Below are positions 40,561 through 48,884 of a stretch of DNA of 53,226 bases, one piece after another. Origin of the DNA: Geodermatophilus sp. (GTDB lineage Bacteria; Actinomycetota; Actinomycetes; Mycobacteriales; Geodermatophilaceae); NCBI GenBank assembly GCA_036259935.1, contig DATAAV010000134.1, forward strand, positions 1 through 53,226, written 5' to 3'. Numbering within the stretch: the stretch's first letter is position 1; the number at the start of each line of letters is the position of its first letter. Position numbers and translations under genes: made by a program. The notes under the pieces were generated by a model, which was not told where the DNA came from, did no database searches, and saw only the letters and a list, made by a program, of their open reading frames with translations.

Positions 40561-43442
40561 GCGGGCCGCCCTCGTGGGACTCCTGTGACGAAATGGACGA
40601 CGATCGCGCCACACCTCGGCGTGCCCGTGTGCCGGTGCTCGACAGCGGCGCGGACGACGTGCACAGTCCGCTCGTGCCACCGGGAGCCCTGCACCAGCGG
40701 GTGACCGCTGCCCTGACCAACTGGCAGCTCGACGACGCGGAGGAACTGCTGACGCACGTCGAGGCCGACGCCTCGCCCTTCGCCGCGCCGCGGGACGGTG
40801 CCGCGGAGCCCACCCCGGCCTCGCTCGGCCGTGCCTGGGCCGACACGCTGCGCGCCGAGCTGCTGGTGCGCCGGCTGCGGGTCGCCGGGTTCACCCTCGT
40901 CGGCGACCCGGTCGAGCCGCCGCACGGCCCCGGCTCCCCACCGGCGCTCGACCTGCACGCCGGCGTCGCCGGGCTGATCGACGGCGCCGCGGGCAACGGC
41001 GCCGCGGCGGACGACCCCGCCGCCGACCCGCGGTCGGAGTCGGCGTCCCGCGCCGCCCTCGCGATCGCCCTGGTGCGCTCGGCCCGCGCCGCCTTCGACG
41101 CCACCGACGACGACCTGCAGCGGGCCGCCGGCCTGGCCCGGCACGCCCGCATCGAGCTGCTCTCCCGCCGGATCGACGCGGCGATGGACGAGGCGGTCGA
41201 GGCGGCCAGCCTGCTCGTTCCCGAGCTGCCGCCCAACGTCCTGCTCGTCGAGACCCTGGGCACCCTCGCCGGCGTGCTCGCCGACCTCGAGCTCATGCCG
41301 CTGGCCCTGGACTACCAGCGCCGGGCGCACGAGACCGCCGTCGCGGCGGCCTCCGGCGTCCTGGGTCCGGAGGACGGCGATCCCGACGTGCTGGTGGCCC
41401 GCACCGCCACCCGGCTCGGCGAGCTGTGCGCCGAGCTCGGCGAGGGGCTGCTCGACGACGGCGTGCCGGAGTCGGCCGCGCCGCACTTCGCCGAGGCCCG
41501 CGAGCTGGCCGAGCAGGCCCTCGCGCTGCTGCCGCCGGACGCCGACGGCATCGTCGCCGCCCAGGTGGTGCACGGCTGGGCGCTGGTCGGGCTGGGCGAG
41601 CACGCCGCGGCGGCCGGGCCGCTGCGCGCCGCCGTCCGCATCACCTCCGCCGGCGGCGACCGCGCGCTACTCGCCGCCGCCCTGCTGGCCCTCGGCCGGG
41701 CCCTGCGCCGCCAGGGCGACGGGCCGGGTGCCGACGAGCAGCTGGCCAAGGCGCTGGCCCTGGCCACCGAGCACGGCCTGGCCCGGCTGCGGCGGGCGGC
41801 GCTGCGCGAGCTGTGCACGCTGCACTCCGAGCTCGACGACGCCGGCCGGGCGCTGCCCTACCTGCAGGCCTACCTCGCCGACGAGCTCGACCGCGTCGAC
41901 GAGCGGCGCACCCGCTGGGTGGAGCTGTTCGGCCGGCGCAAGAGCCTGCTGGAGACCGAGCGGGCCGCCGGGCAGCTGCGCCGGCAGGCCTACGAGGACC
42001 CCCTCACCCACCTGCCCAACCGCCGGTACGCCGAGGCGCGCCTCGACGGCCTGCTGTCGGCCGGCGCCGCCCCGGCCCTGGCCGTCGTGGACGTCGACCA
42101 CTTCAAGACGATCAACGACGCGATCGGGCACCCGGGCGGGGACGCCGTCCTGCGGGTGGTGGCCGAGCTGCTCGTCGCCGGGGTCCGCGACACCGACGAG
42201 GTGTGCCGCTGGGCGGGCGACGAGTTCGTCATCCTGCTGCCCGACACCACCGCCGAGCAGGCCGAGCGGGCGCTGGAGCGGACCCGCCGGGCGGTCGCCG
42301 CCCACGACTGGGCCGCGCTCGGCCTCGACGTCCCGGTGACGATCAGCGTGGGCATCGCCTCGGCGGCCCGCGGCGACGACCGCCGCACCCTGTTCGCCGC
42401 CGCCGACGGCGTCCTCTACGACGCCAAGCGCAGCGGCCGCGACCGGGTCGTGCGGCTGTCGGCGGTCACCCAGACCCGCGCCGGCGACAGCCCGCTGGAC
42501 GCCCTCTTCGGCCCCCCGAAGAAGGCTGCGACAGCTGTGACGGACGTGCCGGGAGCGACGGACACGGCCCCGGCCGGAACCCCGGAGGCCGCCCCCGCGG
42601 CGGTTAGGGTCCCTGCCGTGCAGCCTTCCCCGCTGGACGACCCGGCCGGCGACCCCGGCGGCTTCGCTCCTCTTCTCGTCGAGCCCCCCGTCCGCCCCGT
42701 CGACCCGCCGCTGGGCACGGGCGGGCCCACCGACCCGACGCTGGCGCCCGCGGCACCGGCCGGCACGCGACCGGCCGAGCCGGTTCCGCCGCCGGGCGCT
42801 CCGGAGCCGTTCCGCGAGGCGGCGGTCGAGCCCGACGTCATCTGGGGCGCCGGCCGCAGCACCGAGCAGGTCCTGGCGCTGGTCCGCGAGGCCCGCCGGC
42901 AGCACCCGGACCGCCCCGCGGTCGTGCTGCGCGCCACCGCCGAGGCGCTGGTGGCGCTGGCCGGCGAGCACGACGCCTACACGACGGTCGACGCCGCGGC
43001 GATGGCGGCGGCGGTCGGCCCGATCCCCGAGCCGGTGGGCCGCGTCGGCGTGCTGTGCGCCGGCTGCGGTGACACCCCGGTGGCCGCCGAGGCCGCGTTC
43101 GTCGCGCGGGTCACCGGTACCGAGGTGGTCCGGGTCGACGACGTCGGCGGCAACCGGATCCGCCCGCTGCTCACCGACCGCACGATCCTCGACACCGCCG
43201 ACTGCCTGGTCGTGGTCGCGGGCCTCGACGCCTCGCTGGCCGGCGTGGTCGCCTCGCTGACCGACGTGCCGATCGTCGCGGTGCCCACCTCCACCGGGCA
43301 GCCGGGGTCGTTCGGCGGGTTCGGCGCGCTGCTGACCATGCTCAACTCGGCGTCACCGGGCGTGGTGGTCAGCAACATCGACAACGGCCACGCCGCCGGC
43401 GTCTTCGCCGCCCGGATCGCTCGCCGCACCGCGCGAAACTAG
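40557..43442 (+). CDS. TPR-like / GGDEF (AGDEF) protein fused to a C-terminal degenerate LarB (PurE/AIR carboxylase-like) domain
   Basis: EDPLTHLPNRR, DVDHFKTIND, RWAGDEF; Pro-rich linker; then DVG, VVVAG, PIVAVPTS, GALLTMLNS, NIDNG; ATGA overlap with the previous gene. Confidence 0.88.
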   Translation: MSGPPSWDSCDEMDDDRATPRRARVPVLDSGADDVHSPLVPPGALHQRVTAALTNWQLDDAEELLTHVEADASPFAAPRDGAAEPTPASLGRAWADTLRAELLVRRLRVAGFTLVGDPVEPPHGPGSPPALDLHAGVAGLIDGAAGNGAAADDPAADPRSESASRAALAIALVRSARAAFDATDDDLQRAAGLARHARIELLSRRIDAAMDEAVEAASLLVPELPPNVLLVETLGTLAGVLADLELMPLALDYQRRAHETAVAAASGVLGPEDGDPDVLVARTATRLGELCAELGEGLLDDGVPESAAPHFAEARELAEQALALLPPDADGIVAAQVVHGWALVGLGEHAAAAGPLRAAVRITSAGGDRALLAAALLALGRALRRQGDGPGADEQLAKALALATEHGLARLRRAALRELCTLHSELDDAGRALPYLQAYLADELDRVDERRTRWVELFGRRKSLLETERAAGQLRRQAYEDPLTHLPNRRYAEARLDGLLSAGAAPALAVVDVDHFKTINDAIGHPGGDAVLRVVAELLVAGVRDTDEVCRWAGDEFVILLPDTTAEQAERALERTRRAVAAHDWAALGLDVPVTISVGIASAARGDDRRTLFAAADGVLYDAKRSGRDRVVRLSAVTQTRAGDSPLDALFGPPKKAATAVTDVPGATDTAPAGTPEAAPAAVRVPAVQPSPLDDPAGDPGGFAPLLVEPPVRPVDPPLGTGGPTDPTLAPAAPAGTRPAEPVPPPGAPEPFREAAVEPDVIWGAGRSTEQVLALVREARRQHPDRPAVVLRATAEALVALAGEHDAYTTVDAAAMAAAVGPIPEPVGRVGVLCAGCGDTPVAAEAAFVARVTGTEVVRVDDVGGNRIRPLLTDRTILDTADCLVVVAGLDASLAGVVASLTDVPIVAVPTSTGQPGSFGGFGALLTMLNSASPGVVVSNIDNGHAAGVFAARIARRTARN

Positions 43443-43460
43443 GCCCGCACCCTCTTCCCG

Positions 43461-43526
43461 GGTTGATCATCGTCGGCTGGCTGTCCCCACCGGCGTGTCG
43501 AGCAGCCAATCGCCGATGATCAACTC
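43461..43526. repeat. GTTGATCATCG-bounded hairpin repeat (family C)
   Basis: Reverse complement of 10836-10894 with few mismatches. Confidence 0.8.
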
Positions 43527-43553
43527 CGGAAGGGCGCCTGGGATGATGCCGCG

Positions 43554-44732
43554 GTGACCATCGGGTGGCTTGATCTCGCCGCGGGTGCCTCGGGGGACAT
43601 GCTGCTGGGCGCGCTGGTCGACGCCGGCGTGCCGCTCGAGGTCCCGGCCGCCGCGGTGACCGCCCTGCCCGTCGAGCCCGTCACGCTCACCGCTGAGCCG
43701 GTCACCCGGCACGGGCTCGGCGCCACCCGGGTGCACGTCTCCGCGGCGCTGTCCGCCACGACCCGCACCTGGGCCGACGTCCGGGCGCTGCTCACCGCCG
43801 CCGACCTGCCCGCACCGGTCCGCGCCGGCGCCCTCGCCGTCTTCGAGCGGCTGGCCGCCGCCGAGGGCCGGGTGCACCGGGTGGATCCGGAGTCGGTGCA
43901 CTTCCACGAGGTCGGGGCGCTCGACGCGCTCGCCGACGTGGTCGGGGTGGTGGCCGCCTTCGAGCACCTGGGCCTGGAGCGGCTGGTCGGTTCGCCGGTG
44001 GCGCTCGGCCGTGGCGCCGCGAGCGGGGCGCACGGCGTGGTCCCGGTGCCCGCGCCGGCGGTGCTGGAGCTGCTGGCCGGGGTGCCGGTGCACGCCGGGC
44101 CGGTGCCGGCCGAGACCTGCACCCCCACCGGCGCCGCGCTGCTGGCCGCCCGCGTCGACGGGTGGGGGCCGCTGCCGCCGATACGGGTCACCCGGGTGGG
44201 AGTGGGCGCCGGCAGCCGCGACCCCGCGGAGCGGCCCAACGTCGTCCGCCTGGTGCTGGGCGAACCCGCCGAGCACGCCGACGCGGCCGGGCCCGTCGTC
44301 CTGGAGACCAACGTCGACGACCTGGACCCACGGCTGTGGCCCGGCGTCCTCGAGGCGCTGCTGGCCGCTGGGGCGTCGGACGCCTGGCTGACCCCCATCC
44401 TCATGAAGAAGGGCCGCGCGGCGCACACCCTCTCCGCGCTCTGCCGCTCCGACGCGGTGGCCGACGTGCAGACCGCGGTGTTCGCGACGACGTCGACGAT
44501 CGGGCTGCGGAGCGTGCCGGTGGGCAAGGTCGAGCTCGACCGGTCGGTCGGGTCGGTGGAGGTCCTCGGCGGGCGGGTGGGCGTCAAGGTCGCCCGCGCC
44601 GGCGAGCGGGTGGTCAACGTCAGCGTCGAGTTCGACGACGTCGCCGCGCTGGCCACCGCCCGCGGCCTGCCGGTCAAGGAGGTGCTGCGGGCCGCCACCG
44701 CCGCGGCCGCGGCCGCCTACCCGGTCGGCTGA
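43554..44732 (+). CDS. larC: Nickel pincer cofactor biosynthesis protein LarC (nickel insertase family)
   Basis: GASGDMLLGAL, VHFHEVGALD, HGVVPVPAPA, TPTGAA, LETNVDD, MKKGR, TIGLR, EFDD. Confidence 0.92.
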   Translation: MTIGWLDLAAGASGDMLLGALVDAGVPLEVPAAAVTALPVEPVTLTAEPVTRHGLGATRVHVSAALSATTRTWADVRALLTAADLPAPVRAGALAVFERLAAAEGRVHRVDPESVHFHEVGALDALADVVGVVAAFEHLGLERLVGSPVALGRGAASGAHGVVPVPAPAVLELLAGVPVHAGPVPAETCTPTGAALLAARVDGWGPLPPIRVTRVGVGAGSRDPAERPNVVRLVLGEPAEHADAAGPVVLETNVDDLDPRLWPGVLEALLAAGASDAWLTPILMKKGRAAHTLSALCRSDAVADVQTAVFATTSTIGLRSVPVGKVELDRSVGSVEVLGGRVGVKVARAGERVVNVSVEFDDVAALATARGLPVKEVLRAATAAAAAAYPVG

Positions 44733-45844
44733 GCCCGGGCCCGCAGCCCCGCGGCGACCACCGGCACCACCGCCACCACCAGGACGGCGACGGCGCCCGC
44801 GCCCCCGAGCGCCCAGGCGGCGAACACCGGCAGGGACGCCAGCTCGATGCCCAGCCCGGCCACCGAGGTGACCGTCGCCCGGTTCGGGCCGGTGATCCGG
44901 TCCTGCAGCCGGGCCTCCCCCACCACCAGCACCGCCAGATAGAGCCCGTAGCCGACGGCGACCGCGGCCAGCCCCGCCGGCCGCCCCCACGCCGCCGCTC
45001 CCGCCAGGCACAGCCCGGCGAGGATCAGCAGGGCCGGCAGCCCGCTGGTGGGCAGCATCGCCGCCCGCCCGGCGAGGGCCGCACCCAGCGCCCCGGCCAG
45101 CGCCACGGCCACGACGGCCGCAGGCACGGCGGTCGTGGGCACCCCCCACTCCCGGGCCATGACCGGGAAGTACTCCTCCATCGCGTCCAGGCCGCCGAGC
45201 AGGGCGACGGCGAGCACGACCAGCCGCAGGGAGGGCCGGCGCAGCGCCTCGCGCAGCCCCTGGCGCAGGGTGCCGCCGAGGGAGGCGGCCGGGTCGTCGT
45301 TCTCGTCGGCGGCGGGCCGCGGCGGCTCGGGAAAACGCAGCGCCAGCGCCGCGGCGGCCAGGCAGATGGCGACGCTGGCCCAGCCCACGAGCGGATAGCC
45401 GCCGAGGGCGTACAGCGCGCTCGCGGCGACCGCCGTCGGCACCTGCACGAGCAGTTCGGCCGCGGTCATCCAGCCGCTGACCCGCGCGTAGCAGCCGGTC
45501 GCCTCGTGCTCGGCCAGCCCCTCGTAGACCAGCGCCTCCGCGGCACCCGACATCAGCGCCCCGGCCACGCCCCACAGCACGAACCCGACGACGAAGGCGG
45601 CAGTGGCCGGAGCCGCCGTCCACACCGCGAACCCGGCGGCCTGGAGCACCCCGGCCAGCACCAGGACCCCGCGGCGGGACCACCGGTCGGCCAGCGCGCC
45701 GGCGGGCACCTCGGTGAGCAGCCCGGTGACCGACCAGACCGCGAACAGCGCCGACACCTGCGGATCGGACAGCCCGGTGTCGAGGAAGAGCAGGGCGTAC
45801 AGCGGGTAGTACGGCACCAGCTCCGACAGCGCCGCCCAGCCCAC
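44717..45844 (-). CDS. MFS transporter; start uncertain
   Basis: EVPAGALADRWSRR motif A, many TM segments; 3' end overlaps larC convergently by 16 nt. Confidence 0.85.
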   Translation of the reverse strand: MGWAALSELVPYYPLYALLFLDTGLSDPQVSALFAVWSVTGLLTEVPAGALADRWSRRGVLVLAGVLQAAGFAVWTAAPATAAFVVGFVLWGVAGALMSGAAEALVYEGLAEHEATGCYARVSGWMTAAELLVQVPTAVAASALYALGGYPLVGWASVAICLAAAALALRFPEPPRPAADENDDPAASLGGTLRQGLREALRRPSLRLVVLAVALLGGLDAMEEYFPVMAREWGVPTTAVPAAVVAVALAGALGAALAGRAAMLPTSGLPALLILAGLCLAGAAAWGRPAGLAAVAVGYGLYLAVLVVGEARLQDRITGPNRATVTSVAGLGIELASLPVFAAWALGGAGAVAVLVVAVVPVVAAGLRARAQPTG

Positions 45845-45977
45845 GGCCAGCCGGGCCAGTGGGCGGGCCGGCCGCGGCAGTGCGTTCGTCGCGGTGGGTC
45901 AACGGAACGGCATGGCCCGGACGGTAGCGCCCCGCCCGGCGGACCGCACCGGAATTGCCGTCGACTAGGCTGGCCAC

Positions 45978-46085
45978 CCAGAAGGGGAGTAGCCCCCCGT
46001 CCGCTGGTCGACACGCTGGCGCTTCCCGCGAGGGAGCGCCCGGTCAGCGGGCCCACGCCTCGGCGTGGGTGGGCGAGACCTTCGA
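45978..46085 (+). ncRNA. yybP-ykoY manganese riboswitch
   Basis: GAAGGGGAGTAG ... GTCGACAC ... GGCGAGACCTTC hallmark segments with P1 pairing; TAGGCT -10 at 45966; upstream of a UPF0016 gene. Confidence 0.88.
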
Positions 46086-46160
46086 TCGAAGCAGTGGATG
46101 CTGCTGCCGGTCGGAGGCTGCCCGCACCCGCCCGGCAGTGCCGAGCGGAAGAGAGAACCC

Positions 46161-46763
46161 GTGCTGGTCTGGTCGGTCGTCGCGACCGCGTTCATCCTCG
46201 TCCTGCCCGTCGAGCTGCCGGACAAGACGTTGTTCGCCAGCCTCGTGCTGGCCACCCGGCTGCCGCACTGGCCGGTGTTCGTCGGCGTCGGCGCGGCGTT
46301 CGGCCTGCAGGTGGCGATCGCCGTCACCGCCGGCAGCCTGCTGTCCCTGCTCCCCCAGGCACTGGTCAGCGGCGTGGTGGCGGTGCTCTTCCTCGTCGGT
46401 GCGGTGCTGCTCTGGCGCAGCGCGTCCAGCGGGCCGGAGGACGCCGAGGACGTCGTGAACGGCCGCGAGGGGACGTCGTTCTTCCGCGCGGCGGCGATCT
46501 CGTTCGGGGTGCTGTTCGCCGCCGAGTGGGGCGACCTCTCCCAGCTGGCGACCGCCGGGCTGGCCGCGCGCTACGACTCGCCCGTGTCGGTGTTCCTCGG
46601 CGCCTGGGCGGCACTGCTGGTCGTCTCGGGCCTGGCGGTGTTCCTCGGCAAGAGGCTCGCCGACCGGCTGCCGGTCGCCCTCATCCGCCGGGTGGCCGCC
46701 GGGCTGTTCCTGGTGTTCTCCGTGCTCGCCGCCGTGGAGACCGTCCGCCTGCTCACCGCCTGA
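46161..46763 (+). CDS. TMEM165/GDT1 (UPF0016) family Mn2+/Ca2+ exporter
   Basis: Two E-x-G/P-D-K/L-T/S motifs: ELPDKT and EWGDLSQ. Confidence 0.9.
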   Translation: MLVWSVVATAFILVLPVELPDKTLFASLVLATRLPHWPVFVGVGAAFGLQVAIAVTAGSLLSLLPQALVSGVVAVLFLVGAVLLWRSASSGPEDAEDVVNGREGTSFFRAAAISFGVLFAAEWGDLSQLATAGLAARYDSPVSVFLGAWAALLVVSGLAVFLGKRLADRLPVALIRRVAAGLFLVFSVLAAVETVRLLTA

Positions 46764-46820
46764 CCGCCGCGGCCGGCGCCGGGACCCGAGGCCGCCGGCC
46801 GGGTGGAGGCCGCCCGGCGG

Positions 46821-47423
46821 TCAGCCCGCACTCGGGGGCGCCGAGGGGCCGGATCCCTCGATCAGCGCCAGCCGGCAGACGACGGCCTGCAGCTGAGCGT
46901 CGAGATCGGGCCACGGCAGGTCCGGTGCCGCCGCGCGCAGGGTGACCATCCCGTGCAGCGCCGTCCACACCAGCGTGGCCTCGCCGCGGGGGTCCCGGCT
47001 CGCGGAGCGGCCGGCCCCGGCACAGGCGGCGATCGCGTCGACCAGGACGTCGAAGGCCCGCTGCCCCCCGGGCAGGCGGCGCCGGCCGAACATGGCCCGG
47101 TAGCGGCCCGGGGCGGCCAGCCCCGCGGCGACGTAGGCCCGGCAGCCGGCCAGCAGCCGCGCGACCGGATCGCCGACGTCGGCCACGGCCCGGGCGATCG
47201 CCGCCCGCAGGTCGGCGAACCCCTCCTCGATGACCGCGTCCATCAGCGCGTCGAGGTCGGCGAAGTGCCCGTAGACCGCCGGCGCGGTGACCCCCGCCTC
47301 CCGGGCCACGGCCCGCAGGGTCACCGCCTCGACCGAGCCGGTGCGCTCCAGGAGCGCAGCCGCGGCCGCCACCAGATCGGCGCGCAAGCGGCCAGGAGTC
47401 CTCAGCGGCGGGACGTACGGCAC
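46821..47423 (-). CDS. TetR/AcrR family regulator (WHG-type C-domain)
   Basis: TLRAVAREAGVTAPAVYGHF, WTALHG. Confidence 0.9.
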   Translation of the reverse strand: MPYVPPLRTPGRLRADLVAAAAALLERTGSVEAVTLRAVAREAGVTAPAVYGHFADLDALMDAVIEEGFADLRAAIARAVADVGDPVARLLAGCRAYVAAGLAAPGRYRAMFGRRRLPGGQRAFDVLVDAIAACAGAGRSASRDPRGEATLVWTALHGMVTLRAAAPDLPWPDLDAQLQAVVCRLALIEGSGPSAPPSAG

Positions 47424-47472
47424 TTTACAAGTGTAAACGGCCGCCCCTAGCCTCTGCTTTACACCCGTTTAG
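47424..47472. promoter_or_regulatory. Putative TetR operator sites
   Basis: Perfect palindrome TTTACA-AG-TGTAAA (47424-47437) and partial copy TTTACACCCGTTTAG (47458-47472) in a divergent intergenic region. Confidence 0.65.
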
Positions 47473-47493
47473 CACCTGTTCCGAGGAGGGGTC

Positions 47494-47874
47494 ATGCCGA
47501 TCATTCCCGACCTGCCGTGGAAGGCCGACCGCGTCGGCGACGGCCCGGGCGTCGTCATGGTCACCCAGCTGCACCTGCGCCGGTTCCGCGACATCCCCGC
47601 CTTCCTCCGCGACTCGCTGGCCATCCGGGAGCAGACCACGACCGCTCCGGGGGCACGCTCGCTGTACCTGCGGGCCCGGCCGCTGGCCCGCCATTTCACC
47701 ACCGTGTCGTGGTGGGACGACCAGGCCGCCGTCCGTGCGTTCGTCCGCACCGATCCGCACCGGTCGGCGATGGACCGCTGGGGTCCGGAGATGCGGAAGT
47801 TCAGCAACCGGTCGTTCCCGGGCACCGCCGGCGTCGTCCCCACGGTGGCGATGGCCGAGGCCCAGCCCGCATAA
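47494..47874 (+). CDS. DUF3291 / ABM-like dimeric alpha-beta barrel protein
   Basis: FTTVSWWDD..VRAFVRTDPHRSAM; GAGGAGG RBS. Confidence 0.7.
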   Translation: MPIIPDLPWKADRVGDGPGVVMVTQLHLRRFRDIPAFLRDSLAIREQTTTAPGARSLYLRARPLARHFTTVSWWDDQAAVRAFVRTDPHRSAMDRWGPEMRKFSNRSFPGTAGVVPTVAMAEAQPA

Positions 47875-47915
47875 CCGGGTTGCCCGCGGCGTCCGCGGTG
47901 GGAGCATGGCCGCCG

Positions 47916-48884
47916 ATGGACGCCGCGGTGGAGGTGACCGACCTCGTCAAGCGCTATCCCGGCCGGCCGGGCAACGCCGTCGACGGGATCTCCTTCACGG
48001 TGCGGCGCGGGGAGGTCTTCGGGCTGCTCGGGCCCAACGGTGCGGGCAAGACCACGACGATCGGCGTCCTGACCACCCGGGTGCTGCCCACCGCCGGCAG
48101 CGCCAGCGTAGCCGGCGTGGACGTCGCCGCCGACCCGGTCACCGCGCGCAGCCGGCTGTCGGTGGTGCCGCAGCGGCCCAACCTCGACCGGGCGCTCACC
48201 GCCCGGCAGAACCTGGTCTTCCACGCCGCGTACCACGGGATCGGCCGGGCCGAGCGCAACCGCCGCGCCGACGCCCTGCTCGCCCAGCTCGGTCTGGCCG
48301 ATCGGGGCGGGGACAAGGTGGACAACTACTCCGGCGGCATGGCCCAGCGGCTGCTCATCGCCCGGGCGCTCATGCACGCCCCGCAGGTGGTCTTCCTCGA
48401 CGAGCCGAGCACCGGCCTGGACCCGCAGGCCCGGCTGTTCGTCTGGGACCGCATCCGCGAGCTGCGGGCCGGCGGGGTGACCGTCGTCCTCACCACCCAC
48501 GACATGGACGAGGCGGCCGCGCTCACCGACCGGGTCGGGATCATGGACCACGGGCGGCTGCTGGCGCTGAACACCCCGGTGGCACTGACCCGCTCGCTGC
48601 CGGGCAGCGCCACGCTCGACGTCGACGTGGAGCGGGCCCCCGGGGACACCGACGAGGCCGTGCTGGCGGCTCTGGCCGCGCTGCCGCAGGCCGAGCGGGT
48701 GGAGCAGGTGACCGACGCCGCGGGGCTGCGCGCCCGGATCTACCTGTCGGGGAATGCCGCCGCGCTGGTGGGGCCGGTCGCCGACGCGCTGGCCGCCCGA
48801 CGGGCCCGGCTCACCGGCGTGCGCATCGGCGAGCCCAGCCTCGAGGACGTCTTCCTCAGCCTCACCGGACGGGAGCTGCGATGA
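47916..48884 (+). CDS. ABC-2 exporter ATP-binding protein (DrrA-like)
   Basis: GPNGAGKT, YSGGM, FLDEPSTGLD, TTHDMDEA, PSLEDVFL. Confidence 0.93.
   Translation: MDAAVEVTDLVKRYPGRPGNAVDGISFTVRRGEVFGLLGPNGAGKTTTIGVLTTRVLPTAGSASVAGVDVAADPVTARSRLSVVPQRPNLDRALTARQNLVFHAAYHGIGRAERNRRADALLAQLGLADRGGDKVDNYSGGMAQRLLIARALMHAPQVVFLDEPSTGLDPQARLFVWDRIRELRAGGVTVVLTTHDMDEAAALTDRVGIMDHGRLLALNTPVALTRSLPGSATLDVDVERAPGDTDEAVLAALAALPQAERVEQVTDAAGLRARIYLSGNAAALVGPVADALAARRARLTGVRIGEPSLEDVFLSLTGRELR

Noticed and set aside
45895-45913. In-frame UGA read as selenocysteine
   Set aside because: It lies in a non-catalytic N-terminal tail of an MFS protein, with no Cys-homolog context and no recognisable SECIS.
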